A stretch of DNA of 62,222 bases, the filler included, from Chrysochromulina tobinii (Eukaryota): assembly GCA_001275005.1 (NCBI GenBank). It is 8 parts of 8 records of this genome, joined end to end, with 100 filler letters (N's around TTAATTAATTAA, not from the genome) between each part and the next. Parts side by side here need not be neighbours in the genome. Positions count along the whole stretch, not along the records: positions 1 to 5,732 come from JWZX01001150.1; positions 5,833 to 16,187 come from JWZX01001152.1; 6 more parts are not named here. The stretch is one strand, 5' to 3'. Position 1 is the stretch's first letter; every line of letters begins with the position of its first letter. The notes under the pieces were generated by a model that was given only the letters and a program-made list of their open reading frames with translations, did not search any database and was not told the origin of the DNA. This document shows positions 1 through 11,044 of this stretch, piece after piece. Made by a program: the position numbers and the translations under genes.

Positions 1-107
1 CCGCGGCGCCGCCCATTCCTGGCCTCCTTCCATCCGACGCCATGGCCGCCATCTCGGCGCTCCTTAGCCAGATCGTCGTGAACGGGGGCCGTGGCGGGTA
101 CCGGTGT

Positions 108-188
108 CGAGCCTGAGTCTGACTCCGCCTACTTTTCTACACCACCGAGCCTGAGTCTGACTCCGCCTACTTTTCTACACCACCGAGC
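108..188. repeat. 38-bp direct tandem duplication
   Basis: cgagcctgagtctgactccgcctacttttctacaccac starts at 108 and again at 146. Confidence 0.9.
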
Positions 189-344
189 ACCGACACCGCC
201 TCGATCGGCATCTGTCCCCCCGGGGACGATAAATTCGGTTTGTGCTCAACACGGCGTTTTGCGGTCGTAGGGTACCAGAGAATCGAGTTCTTGATACTGG
301 AGAATTAATACACAAAACCTAATACACAAGAATTTGGATACTAG

Positions 345-1010
345 GATTCCCCAGAACCACCCCGAGCGTGAGCACCTCCGAGCCCTCCGAGCACACGCGA
401 GCACTTTGGATTCCGGCGAATCCTGACCGATGCAGCGCCTTCCCCCTACCCCTGAGCACACGTCGCTGTGTCGATTCCTCAGAATCTTGCATCCCCCACC
501 CCGAGCGTGAGCACCTCCGAGCACTCCGAGCACGCGCGAGCACTTTGGATTCCGGCGAATCCTGACCGATGCAGCGCCTTCCCCCTACCCCTGAGCACAC
601 GTCGCCGTGTCGATTCTTCAGAATCTTGCATCCCCCCACCCTGAGCGCGAGCACCTCCGAGCACTCCGAGCACGCGCCAGCACTTTGGATTCCGGCGAAT
701 CCTGACCAATGCAGCGCCTCCCCCCTAGCCCTCAGCACACGTCGCTGTGTGGATTCCGTTCAGAATCTTGCGTCCCCCCACCCTGAGCGTGAGCATCTCC
801 GAGCACTCCGAGCACGCCGAGCACGCGCCAGCACTTTGGATTCCGGCGAATCGTGACTGATGCAGCGCCTCCCCCCTAGCCCTCAGGCGAATCGTGATCG
901 ATGCAGCGCCTCCCCCCTAGCCCTCAGCACACGTTGCAGCGTTGATTCCTCAGAATCGTGCGTCCCCCCACCCTGAGCGAGAATAACATCTGACGCATCG
1001 CCTTCCCCCT
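345..1010. repeat. ~140-bp tandem minisatellite, about 4.5 copies, beside the MULE 3' end
   Basis: Unit ccgagcgtgagcacctccgagcac...gcactttggattccggcgaatcctgaccgatgcagcgcc...cagaatcttgc recurs at ~362, 501, 641, 783 and, degenerately, 973. Confidence 0.92.
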
Positions 1011-1054
1011 ACATGTAGCCCATCGACGGTCACATGTGCTCTCCACGTTCATCT

Positions 1055-4000
1055 CTAGTTGTCAATCTCGAGGCAATGGCCACGCTTAGAGAGGGACGCG
1101 CCTGCTGTGGCCTTGCGCTTGCCACAGACGGCCGTTGAGAAGCGCGTTGGCACCTTGATCTGTTTTTTGTGCAGGGCAAAGCCAAGAACGTGTTTGCATG
1201 CGCCCTTCTTGAGGAACTCAGGGCAGGAGCATGTATACCTGTCAAATAAGGGACAGTCCTCAGTGTTGGAAATGGAGCAAGCATCACAAGGAAGGCAATC
1301 GGGTCGGCTGTGTCTTCACCAGATGCCCGCCTCACGCAGCCGTTCAGCACGGGGGTCAGTGTCGCCGGATGGGCGTGAGCATCCAGAAGCTAAACATCAT
1401 GTCCAGCAGCGTGGTCAAGTCCCACTGTTGATCGTCGTTCTCGTCAGTCACCTTCTCGTACTTGTTGCCTTTCTTCACCAGCTCTCCAGCTGGATGTACC
1501 TGATGAGGGAGGTATTCAGGTGGGTGAGTGGACATCGAGTGTGAAGCAGTCGCTCAAGCAGCGCGTACTCTTTTGCCCACGTAGAAATGAACGCGATGAT
1601 CTGGGCCGGCGTCTTTGCATCGTCTGGCAGGAAGCCGCCGCTCTCCTTGGGTTTAAGCAGCTCCGTCGACGGGAAGACAAAGTGCTCCACGCCTTTGATG
1701 GTGAGCTTGAAGCCCAAGTTGAAGTAGCCCTTGCCAACAAGCTTCTGAGCCTCCTTCCAGTAATGGGCGGTCACTGCAGGCACCACCTGAAACGGGTCAG
1801 CCCACTGGGAGAGACGCGTCCCCACCGTCAGGCTCTGGTGTACGACCGTACCGATGCCCTCAACGGTGTCATAGTGTTCCGCGCTCTTGATGAACTCGTG
1901 CATGCGCTCATGCGCGTTGGTCGTTGTCGGCTCTCCAGGCTCATTCCAAGCGTTTGACCACAGGTTCAGCATGTGGTGCTCGAAAAGGTAGTCGACAAGC
2001 GCACCGTCGATTTTCTTGCGCCACTCCGCGTCGAACATCCGGTACAGCGCGCCCCATTGGGCGTATCCCTTGCGCTGCACGTGGTTCACCATGACCTCGC
2101 GCGTGTATCCAGTGGCCGTTGTGAAGAAGAACAAGAGGTCCTTGAAGTGGGGCGGGACCACGTTGAAGAAGGCCAGTTGTGTATACAGCTCGTTGAACAG
2201 CGCCTCGCTCATCTTGTGCTTCAGGTACGTCTGGATGGCGCGCCAGGTGTGCGCCCAGCAGTCCGTGTGCTCGTTCGTGTCGAGCACCTTGTGCAGGCCC
2301 GCCGAGATGGCCGGTGCGAGGTCGGACAGCCCACGGTGCACTTTCACCTGCGGCGCACCTAACGCGATGTCGCCAACGCGGACGGCAGGTACGGCCAGCG
2401 GGTGGGCATCCACAAGAGCGCCATAATCGCGGTAAACAGCCTCCTTGAGGGCTAAGGACCACTGGTCTGGCAGGGAACGATTCCGAATCCCAAGTACCAC
2501 CATGTAGAAGAACTGGGTGAAGATGTGGGTAGCATCTGACACGGCCTCAGTGTCCTCGTGCGACGACTGGCCAAAGGCTAGTAGCTTCCCGTGCTGCGCA
2601 TTGTCGACCGTCGAGATGGTGGCCGTGTTGAGCTGCTCCTTCATGATCTTGAACGTGAAGTCGAAGCTCAACAGCCCCTTGTTCATCCCACCCGTGCCCA
2701 TGGCGATCGAGAAGAAGAGGAACATGACGAGCTTGATTGAGGATGTGAGGATGAGCACACGCCCAGTCGCCTCGTCGAGTCGGAAGCCGATGACACCCGC
2801 TGTGTCGATAGTCGCGACCGGCGAGGCAAGCGTCAGGTTCACATTCGCAACATTCTCGATGAGCTGCATGACGGTGCCAAATGATGACACCCTGCGTGGA
2901 CATGGTGGGGGGGATTAGGCATTCAATTTCAGCAGGGCATTCATTTTCAGCTTCAGCGCGTACCCCAGTGCCAGAGACATGTAGCGGTTTCGATGGTTGT
3001 GCACAAAGTTGCGGACTTGCTGCTTGAGCGATGGCGACACGCTGTGCATCTCCACCAAGTAGTTGAACAGCGCATTCACGCGCATGCGTGGCTGCTGGTT
3101 CAGCATCTTGGTGATCAGGGACTTAACTGCGAGGGCTCGGCAAGGCAACAGCAGCGAGCACAAAGTGAGCGAATATTTGGGGGGCCGACAGGGGAGGCTG
3201 GGCGTACACACCGGTAGGCGGCAACCCACGCTGCAGCATGCACGGCCCATTGTGGTCATGGGGCCAGCCGCTGGCGAACCAGACTCTCTCCGTCCCAGGC
3301 GCCGCCAGGTCTGAGGGACCGGCGCTCCCAAAGCACGCGACGCAAAGGACTTCGATAAGGGCGCGAGCAGGGCACTTGAACGCGACCGCACAGCTGCATC
3401 TGAGCTTGAAGATGTAGGAAGCAGTTGTGGGACGGTAGGTGCCCCCCTTGGGGCCTGCTCATGGGCAGCAAATGGGGGGAGTCAGAACAAGCAGTAGTGG
3501 CTAGTGCAGATGCCGCATGTGCCACGCGTGCATGTGCATGCAGTCAACGGAGATGATGAGTATCCGTCCACGAGTTTTTTAGGCTCGCGGTTGGATAGAG
3601 GTGCATGAGTATGCTAATGTGCATGTGCATGAGCCCCCCTTCCCTGGCTGCAGGCTCTCGACGATGCGTTTTCACGCTACCGAGGGAATGCCATTCACAC
3701 AGGGAAGTCGAGCGATGTGCGCGTGCATATGCATGTGCGCGTGCATCACACACCATCCGCAACCCATCCAGCGCCGCCATTACAGGTCTTCAGGTGGTTG
3801 AGGACCTCAGGGCTTGCACCCTGCCACGACGTTGGCACTGTGTTCGCGGACCCCGGCGTCGTGAATGAGAAGACCATCAACCAGTTAGGCGGCCCCTTGT
3901 TGCTCTTGCCTTTACCGCCGCCGTGGCGCTTAAGAATTCCCTGTGCATATTGGGAGGATGTGAGTGCACGCGCATGTGGGGCAGGCAGCAGAGGCGGATG

Positions 4001-4418
4001 GTGTGCGCAGCAGACTGGCTGCCTGAAATGCTCCCCTGAGGGGCCCGAGTGTGAGTCAGGTGTCACCATGGTCTCCCAAATGGCGACAAGCATCCAGGCA
4101 TGGCCGCAGGCAGCAGACAGCAGTGCAGTGGATACCCGCGCGACGGAATGACCCCATAATGCCAGAGCCGTGCTCAAAGGCAGGGCACTTCTCCGTCGCG
4201 CGTGCGCGCGCGCGATGCGCTGAGGACAAGGGTACACGAAAGGCGAGTTGCAAGGCGGCGTTCACCGTGTTCGACTTGGTGAGTTGCAGGCCATTGGGCA
4301 TGGTCGTCTGGAGCTCGTCCTCGCTGTCGGCGGCGGCGGCGTGGTCGTGCATCGCCTCGTCCAATGCATTGGCCGCGCCCGCGTCGGCGACAGCATCTCC
4401 AGCAGGTGCCATGTCCAT
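1055..4418 (-). mobile_element. Mutator-like (MULE) transposase gene, multi-exon, probably frameshifted
   Basis: ORF 1475-2890 has MULE DDE motifs (SFDFTFK, DCWAH = CxxH, TTNAHERMH). The last exon, 1055-1238, reads YTCSCPEFLKKGACKHVL (SWIM zinc finger). Upstream segments give RCSC...CPA...HDH (WRKY/GCM1-like finger). The putative ATG at 4418 and exon limits are approximate. Confidence 0.85.
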
Positions 4419-4574
4419 GCGGATCGGCAACGGATGCGCGCGCGCTGCCCCATCTTCTTCGAGAGCATCTCGGGGCGGAAGCGCGGGCGGGCCAGTCGTA
4501 GGAGTGGTCCTAGAGTCAATCTGCACGCGCGCACGCGGTGCGCGACGCATTGTTAGGGCTCAGCGACAGGCAGC

Positions 4575-5732
4575 TCAGAGCGAGGAACCAGCGCAAGCTG
4601 AAGGATCAGCGGCGGGTGCAGAGGCTTCGCGCGCAAAGTGTGCAGGGCTGTGGGAAAGTGGCGCAGTCGACGTGCGCGCGCTGGCGCGAGCACGCTGTGC
4701 GGGTCGCGCATGCATGCAAAACGTAGAAGGCCTCGCAGCGGCAGCAGCGGCTCGCACCTGACATTGCGACGAAGAGGCCTGCGCGAGAACCTGATCCTTT
4801 CGTTCGCAAAACTTGAGCACGCTCAACGTGACGCGATCCAAGCAAAGACACACATTATACAACGCATCTACCGCCGCTGGCGGTGGCGGTGATGGCGGTA
4901 GCGGCGATGTCGGTGGCGGTGGAGCGCCACCCACGGCGTGGTGGCGGTGAAGGCGGCGGTGACGGAGGCGGCAATGGTGGAGGCGGGGACGTCGGTGGCG
5001 AGGGCGGCGGATAAGGCGGTGGTGATGGCAGCGGAGGCGAGGGCATCGGTGACGATGGGGGAGGCGCCCGGCGTGGGTTGCAGCGGCGGAGACGGTGCTG
5101 TCGGTGGACCGATGGCGGTGGCATTGATGTCGGTGGCGGTGGTGGTGATGGCGGTGGCGGCGATGCCGGTGGCAGTGGCGGTCGATGCGGTGGCAGTGGC
5201 GGCGAGGGCGGTGGCGGGGAGGGCGGTGGTGAGGGTGGCGGAGGCGGCGGAGGCGAGGGCAGTTGGCTGGGCAGTGGTGGCGAGGGTGGTGGTGAGGGCG
5301 GCGGCGGCGGCGAGGGCGGTGGAGATGGAGGGGGCGGGGATGGCGGTGGGGACGGTGGTGGCGGTGGTGGCGGTGGCGGCGGTGGCCGCGTTGGCGAGAG
5401 CCGCGGTTGCGAGAGCGGTGGAGACGGGGATGGTGGGCTTGGAGGATGCGATGGTGGAGGTGGTGAGGGTGGAGGCGAGCGTGGCGGAGGAGAGGGTGGT
5501 GGCAACGAGGGCGGTGGCGAAGGAGGCGGCGAGGGCGGGTTGGGCTGGGTGGAGGGCTATGTGGCGTTGGTGCGGGCGGGATCCTTGGGGGGCGGTGAAG
5601 GTGATGGGGAGGGAGGTGGTGGTAACGGCGGTGGTGAAGGCGGCGGTGGTGAAGGCGGCGGTGAGTAAGGTTGCAAAGGCGGTGGGGGGAAGTGGAGGTG
5701 ATGGTGGCGGTGAGGGCGGCGGTGAGGGCGGT
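4575..5732 (-). CDS. Pro/Ser-rich (extensin/pherophorin-like) protein fragment, 5'-truncated by the contig end
   Basis: Long PPPSPPP runs on the minus strand, in more than one frame. Confidence 0.5.
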   Translation of the reverse strand, partial: TALTAALTATITSTSPHRLCNLTHRRLHHRRLHHRRYHHLPPHHLHRPPRIPPAPTPHSPPPSPTRPRRLLRHRPRCHHPLLRHARLHPHHLHHRILQAHHPRLHRSRNRGSRQRGHRRHRHHRHHRPHRHPRPLHLHRPRRRRRPHHHPRHHCPANCPRLRRLRHPHHRPPRHRPRRHCHRIDRHCHRHRRHRHHHHRHRHQCHRHRSTDSTVSAAATHAGRLPHRHRCPRLRCHHHRLIRRPRHRRPRLHHCRLRHRRLHRHHAVGGAPPPPTSPLPPSPPPPAAVDALYNVCLCLDRVTLSVLKFCERKDQVLAQASSSQCQVRAAAAAARPSTFCMHARPAQRARASARTSTAPLSHSPAHFAREASAPAADPSACAGSSL

Positions 5733-5832
5733 NNNNNNNNNNNNNNNNNNNNNNNNNNNNNNNNNNNNNNNNNNNNTTAATTAATTAANNNNNNNNNNNN
5801 NNNNNNNNNNNNNNNNNNNNNNNNNNNNNNNN
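5733..5832. other. Artificial contig linker
   Basis: N-run + TTAATTAATTAA (stops in six frames) + N-run, 100 nt. The same linker occurs at 16188-16287, 28240-28339, 30982-31081, 43674-43773, 54174-54273 and 58123-58222. Confidence 0.99.
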
Positions 5833-6164
5833 CTTGCGGCCCGCGTGCCGCTACGCGCACGCCCAAAACTATTACCAGGTGCTCGCGACCTCTGATGACC
5901 TCTGATGGCCTCTGATGACCTCTGAATGACCTCTGATGACCTCTGATGACCAGGTGCTCGCGACCTCCTTCCATCGACGTGATCGTCTCGACTTGGCGAC
6001 TGCAGTGCTCTGGCCGATCGCCGCGACGCGCCTGGAGCGGCTGGGCATCGGCAATGAGCGGTTCGCACAAGGGCGGCGGCAGCGGCGGTGGCGTGAGCGG
6101 TGCGAACGCGGTGGTTGCGGAGGCAATCCCTCGGTACGCACGCGCAGGGCTGCAGGCGCTGGCA

Positions 6165-6201
<37 letters not shown>

Positions 6202-7853
6202 GGTTCGGTGAGGCGGCGGCGGCGGACGAGACATGGCGGGTACTCGAGTGGCTTGGTGAGCCCTGGCATGACCCTAACGCTTATGCGACGGCGATAGCTG
6301 CACTCTCTGGCGAGGCTACTCAGCTCCCGCCGCCATCCTCTGCGCCGCCATCCTCTGCGCCGCCATCTTATCCTTCTCGCGCGCACGCCACAGGCCGTTT
6401 TGTTGAGCGGCTGCAGGAGCGGGCCGCCGGGGCCACTGTGAATGCTACCGTGGCTACTGTGAATAACACTGTGAGTGCCACTGTGAGTGCCACTGTGAAT
6501 GCCGCCGGGGCCACTGTGGGTGCTGCCGGCGAGGCCGCTCCCATCGCTGCTAGGACGATCGAGTCGATCAGCCAACCATCCGAGATTGGGTCCGAGATTG
6601 GTTCCGAGATCGAATCGATCAGCCAACCATCCGAGATTGGGTCCGAGATTGGTTCCGAGATCGAATCGATCAGCCAACCATCCGAGATTGGGTCCGAGAT
6701 TGGGTCCGAGATCGAATCGATCAGCCAACCATCGCAGCAGCAGCAGCAGCAGCAACCTTTTGGGGCGCCATCGAGCATGCTGCACGCACCGCCGCAACAG
6801 CCGCCGCCGCCACACCCGCCAAGCACGCGATCACTCGAGCGGCCCTCGGGCGTGATCGTCTACCTCTGCTGCTCTGACCAAGCCGAGGTCGCTGATCTTC
6901 GCCGATCACTCCGTTACCTCTACGAGTTCTTCAACGCCCATCCACGCTACTCCGTCGTCATCTTCCATGATCTCCTCAGCGAGGAGCAGGAGGGAGCTCT
7001 CCGCGCTCAGGCCGCGCTCGGGATTGCCCGCGCCATCCGCTCCGAGCTCACCTCCGAGCTCACCTCCGAGCTCACCCCCGAGCTCACCCCCGAGCTCACC
7101 CCCGAGCTCACCCCCGAGATCAGCTTCGAGCGCCTATCCGACGACGTCTTTGCCTTCCCCGCCGCCATGAGTGCAGCCGAGCGAGCGGCGCTCCCCCACA
7201 CCATCCGTGGCTTCGGCTTTGGCTACCGTCACATGTGCCGCTTCTTCTCGGGCCCCCTCTTCTCGCACCGAGCCCTCGCGTCGTACGAGTTCGTGTGGCG
7301 TCTCGACACGGACTCGTTCCTCCTCGGCCCGCCGACGAGCGATCCGTTTGTGCAGATGGTGCGCGCGAACGCGAGCTACGGCTGGCTGCATGCGTACCGC
7401 GACGAGGCGGTCTTCGTGCGCGGGCTGTGGGAGACGACGCGCGCGTTCTTCGCCCGCGAAGGGCTCGACGAGCGGCGCGTGCGTGAGTGGCTGCCGGCTT
7501 CTTCGTCGGAGGGCCTTTCGGACGCTTGGGACGACGCGCGCATGTGCTTCGCCACTAATTGCTTTCTCGCGAGGCGCGACTGGTTCACCTCGGCGCAGTA
7601 CCAACGCTATTTTGGCGCGCTCGACGCTGCGGGTGGCTTCTACACTGACCGCTGGGGCGACGCCTGTGTGCACATGCTTGCCGTCGCTGCGATGCTCCCG
7701 CGAGCTGCCGTGCTCCGGCTTCGCTCGCTCGCCTACTGGCACCAGGGCACCGTCATCCTGCCCGCCGGCATGCGGCGGGCCGCGCACGCGCTGCTTGGAG
7801 AGGCGGCGGTGCCCGAAGGCATGTTTGCTGAGGCTAGTGTTGACGGCTTCTAA
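5833..7853 (+). CDS. Glycosyltransferase family 15 (Kre2/Mnt1-like alpha-1,2-mannosyltransferase), 5'-partial
   Basis: Motifs SLRYLYEFFN, GYRHMCRFFSG, YEFVWRLDTDS and ALDAAGGFYTDRWGDA match GT15. Intron at 5879-5953; the N-terminal frame is uncertain. Confidence 0.9.
5879..5953 (+). mobile_element. GT-AG intron of ctgatg(a/g)cct 10-mers flanked by a ~19-nt exon duplication
   Basis: accag|gtgctcgcgacctc occurs on both sides of the repeat core. Confidence 0.8.
6557..6733 (+). repeat. Exonic 60-bp repeat x3 (IESISQPSEIGSEIGSE-type peptide)
   Basis: gatcagccaaccatccgagattgggtccgagattgg recurs every 60 nt. 12-bp ELT(S/P) repeats also occur at ~7041-7120. Confidence 0.9.
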
Positions 7854-8274
7854 GACCTGGCGCGGCGCGTGGGCGCTCGCTCCAGCCGGGAGCCGACAGC
7901 CGACACGCGACAGTCGAGTGCATGAGCATTGCCGAGCAGCAAGCTGCAGTCCGATCCGGATCGGTGAACCTATATCTCATCTTATCGGCCTACCTGCCGA
8001 CTGCCGTGCTACGCTTTGTGCCGGCTACCGTTCATGTACCTACCACCTCGCCTGGGCGCGTGTTTCCACCCCACCCATTTGCGGGGGGGGGCACGCCACC
8101 CCAGGCCCCATGGCCGGGCGCCCGTCCAGCCCCGATCCGGTGGGGGGTCTCGCGGTCTAGGCACGGCATGTGTTCTCGTCTCTAGGCGCTGGCCCGATGC
8201 CTACCGGTACGGCACTTCACCGCGGTACTAACGCGGTACGACCGCTAGCCTAGGTACCGTTCACATGACACCTA

Positions 8275-8370
8275 ACACCTTTGAGCACCTATTACCTGTT
8301 GAGCACCTGATACCTATTGAGCACCTAATACCTATTGAGCACCTTTAACAGATAACACCTATTCGATTGA
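8275..8370. repeat. Short intergenic repeat (ttgagcacct...tacct)
   Basis: Four copies of ttgagcacct spaced 17-19 nt apart. Confidence 0.7.
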
Positions 8371-8480
8371 GCTCCCCAACGGAACTACGTAGACACTCAA
8401 AAAAACCGGAGGCTGTTTGGCAGCAGCAGCACCACCAGCAGCGCAGAACCTCTCTCACCAGGGTCCAGGGTGACTGCTGA

Positions 8481-10217
8481 TTACTCGACAGTAACAGAGA
8501 GGACGCTCAACACTGGCAGTTTGGGATCGTGCGGATGCATGTCGTGCGGCCGGGCAGGCGACAAAGGTGCTGTTCCCAAGGAGGATATCTTGGAAACGAG
8601 GGCGCGCGCAGCACTGGCGACGGCGACGGTGCAAACAACTTTGATACTAGCCACACTGCGCGTAAGGTTCACATCCGAACGACGGACAAGCATCTGCCCG
8701 TCAGTCGAGAAGAACATCTGTCGACACATTTGAACGCCACCAGTCGACAAGTAAGCTGCCATGCTGGTTGCAAACCCTTCGCTGCCAAAGTCCTTTTGAG
8801 CCTCGCTCGACACGGTCACCTCAAATCGAACAGTCGTTTGGCGAGTAGCGCCGAAGTCGGTCGGTGGTCGCGATAGCAGCAACGGTGTAGAGTCAGTGGG
8901 TCGGCCAGGAGGCCTGTGCCCTCCCCAGACGCCGGCCAATCGGTTCCCTGTCACGAAAGGCTCCGGGAAGGTTCGTGGGTACAATGTTGAATTGAGACCG
9001 TTCTCAAAGGCGCATGCTGGGAGGTCCGACAGAACCAGTTCTACCCCTCTCAGCAGGGCAGCACCGTCGATCGAGCACGGCTGCCCTGTACAGTGTGGGT
9101 ACTTTGGTTTCGCTTTGCGTCCAACACTCGTGTAGTTCATTGGACAAGAATGCAGGTGCAGCTGACGGCCATCCACATTTGAACAAGAGTGCAGAAGGAC
9201 GCCATCAGAATCTTGCAAATCTTGCAACGTTCGATTCATACGAGCACGCCACTGCCTCGTGTACATTCGAAAGGTCCACAAAAGACTTTTCCGTCCTTTA
9301 CCCAGAGGATCGTCCCAATTCGACACGAGCGCGCCCGACATCACTCGATTGCAAGGAACGGAGTGGCAGTTGCAATAATATTTGATGTTGTCCCTCATGC
9401 AGACGAGGCTTCTGCAAGCGAACCTCTCTCTCATGCGAGCAATGCAGCCCCGCTTTGCACTGCCATCGATGTACGCTTTGAAAGTGTGGATACAGTACAT
9501 CCAGCCGGGCAGTTCCAAGGCTTGCAGCCCGTCGTGGTACAAGGCGGCTTTCAAAAATGCCTCCGAGCTGACAGTCCCATCCTTCCCTCCGAGCTTGAAG
9601 GGGAGGCCCTGCTGCAATTTGGCGACCGATATGTTGGGCGTGATGTATCGTATCCGTGTGAGGTATTTTGACATGGCCTCGCGGTTTCCGAACGCCGCCT
9701 GGTCGTTCGTTCCATTCGCACAGTTCATCCAAGGCACGTAAAGCGTCGCAGGCAAGAACGGCGAAGGAAAATTCAGCGGGGCTTCCATTGCCAGATCTGC
9801 ACGAAGCCTGTACACCGTATCAAAGCGCCTCCCAAGATGACCTTCGTGCTTGCTTATCATCGCTTCGCAGTGTGCTAAGTCGCACAGTTCCATGACAAAG
9901 CCTGAGCTGCAATCATTTCTCCCCCTATTGGAGCAGTGAAGCCATCTTACCATTCTTCGTTTGCTACGTATTGTATCAAGCAAATATTGTGGAAGGCACA
10001 TTCCCTCCTGTGCCTCAACTATGTGCATGGGAAGCAACTTGAAGATGTTATGCCAAGGATCGAGTTGAGGCTTCACTCCGAAAAAGGTTACCGTGGCTTC
10101 AGGCGTGCCCAGCAAGCGGAAGAGAAATTCACGCACGTTGGAGCCAACGATGGGAAAGTCACGCTCCAGCCCCGTCAGACAGACTGCGTGACGAAGCCCT
10201 GATGGTGCCTGCAGCAT
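8481..10217 (-). CDS. Uncharacterised protein, possibly glycosyltransferase-like
   Basis: 578-aa intronless ORF with AVCLTGLER, FDTVYRLRADL, NDQAAFG and SEAFL, a motif set seen in algal and giant-virus hypothetical proteins. Function is inferred only. Confidence 0.55.
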   Translation of the reverse strand: MLQAPSGLRHAVCLTGLERDFPIVGSNVREFLFRLLGTPEATVTFFGVKPQLDPWHNIFKLLPMHIVEAQEGMCLPQYLLDTIRSKRRMVRWLHCSNRGRNDCSSGFVMELCDLAHCEAMISKHEGHLGRRFDTVYRLRADLAMEAPLNFPSPFLPATLYVPWMNCANGTNDQAAFGNREAMSKYLTRIRYITPNISVAKLQQGLPFKLGGKDGTVSSEAFLKAALYHDGLQALELPGWMYCIHTFKAYIDGSAKRGCIARMRERFACRSLVCMRDNIKYYCNCHSVPCNRVMSGALVSNWDDPLGKGRKSLLWTFRMYTRQWRARMNRTLQDLQDSDGVLLHSCSNVDGRQLHLHSCPMNYTSVGRKAKPKYPHCTGQPCSIDGAALLRGVELVLSDLPACAFENGLNSTLYPRTFPEPFVTGNRLAGVWGGHRPPGRPTDSTPLLLSRPPTDFGATRQTTVRFEVTVSSEAQKDFGSEGFATSMAAYLSTGGVQMCRQMFFSTDGQMLVRRSDVNLTRSVASIKVVCTVAVASAARALVSKISSLGTAPLSPARPHDMHPHDPKLPVLSVLSVTVE

Positions 10218-11044
10218 GACTTCGTTTCAACGACTGCTTGCTGTGCCCCGCAACTGCAACTGGAACTGCTTGCCTTGCTGCCCCGCAGCAGCGATCGCCC
10301 GCGGCAGACACGCAGTGATCGATCACCTCAGTGTTGCAAACGCACTGCGCCTCTCAGTATTTGCCCTCTTCGCGCAAGTGGAGGTTGAAGAGTGCCCTCG
10401 CGGCACGACTACTCGATTCCTGTTCTGCACTGTACCGGTACAGGCCGCCGAGTTGCCGACCGAGATGGCGAACGTAATCAGCAGCAAGTTTGGGAACCGT
10501 CTTAGAATCGTCTCGATAGCTCGAAGTTCAGCACTTCAACTGTAGAGTATGGTGAGCCCCGCGGGGCAGCTGTACATGTATAGAAAAGTTGGTCTTTTGC
10601 CTTGTCTTTTGTCTCACCGGGACTGTACGCAGTACGCTCTCGAGGCGGGCGACCACATGGGTTCCACATCCGGGCGGCAAGTAGAACTTTTGGTAGAAGG
10701 CGTAGAACTGACTGCCCCCTGGCGAGGGGCGGTTCGTTTACCCCCCCTACGTGAAGCACCCACAACAAGTATAACGGCCTATACGGCCCGGGGTTCATCT
10801 GCATGAGTACACCCTTAACCCCCTTCCTGACTCACGCGAAACCACAAACCTCGAATCCCCCAGGCTTTTCCGTACATTGTAGGGGAAGACGGCTTGTTCT
10901 AGTTCATGTAGGGCGCGCGCTAAGTCGCACTCTGATGAAGGCCGCACTCTCAGGGCGAGAGACAGAAGATCGACGCCGCGCCGCTAGCGCGGCAAGGTCC
11001 CCGACTACTCCCGCTGCCAATCCGACGCCCCGACAGCAAGAGCA

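Noticed and set aside
345..1010. Possible CRISPR array
   Set aside because: Whole units repeat with no unique spacers, there are no cas genes and the context is eukaryotic.
5777..5788. TTAATTAATTAA palindromes inside N-runs
   Set aside because: Identical artificial linkers; adjacency across them has no biological meaning.
10744..10914. Possible MITE (ccctacgtgaa ... ttcatgtaggg)
   Set aside because: Only an 11-bp imperfect inverted match, with no clear target duplication and a single copy.
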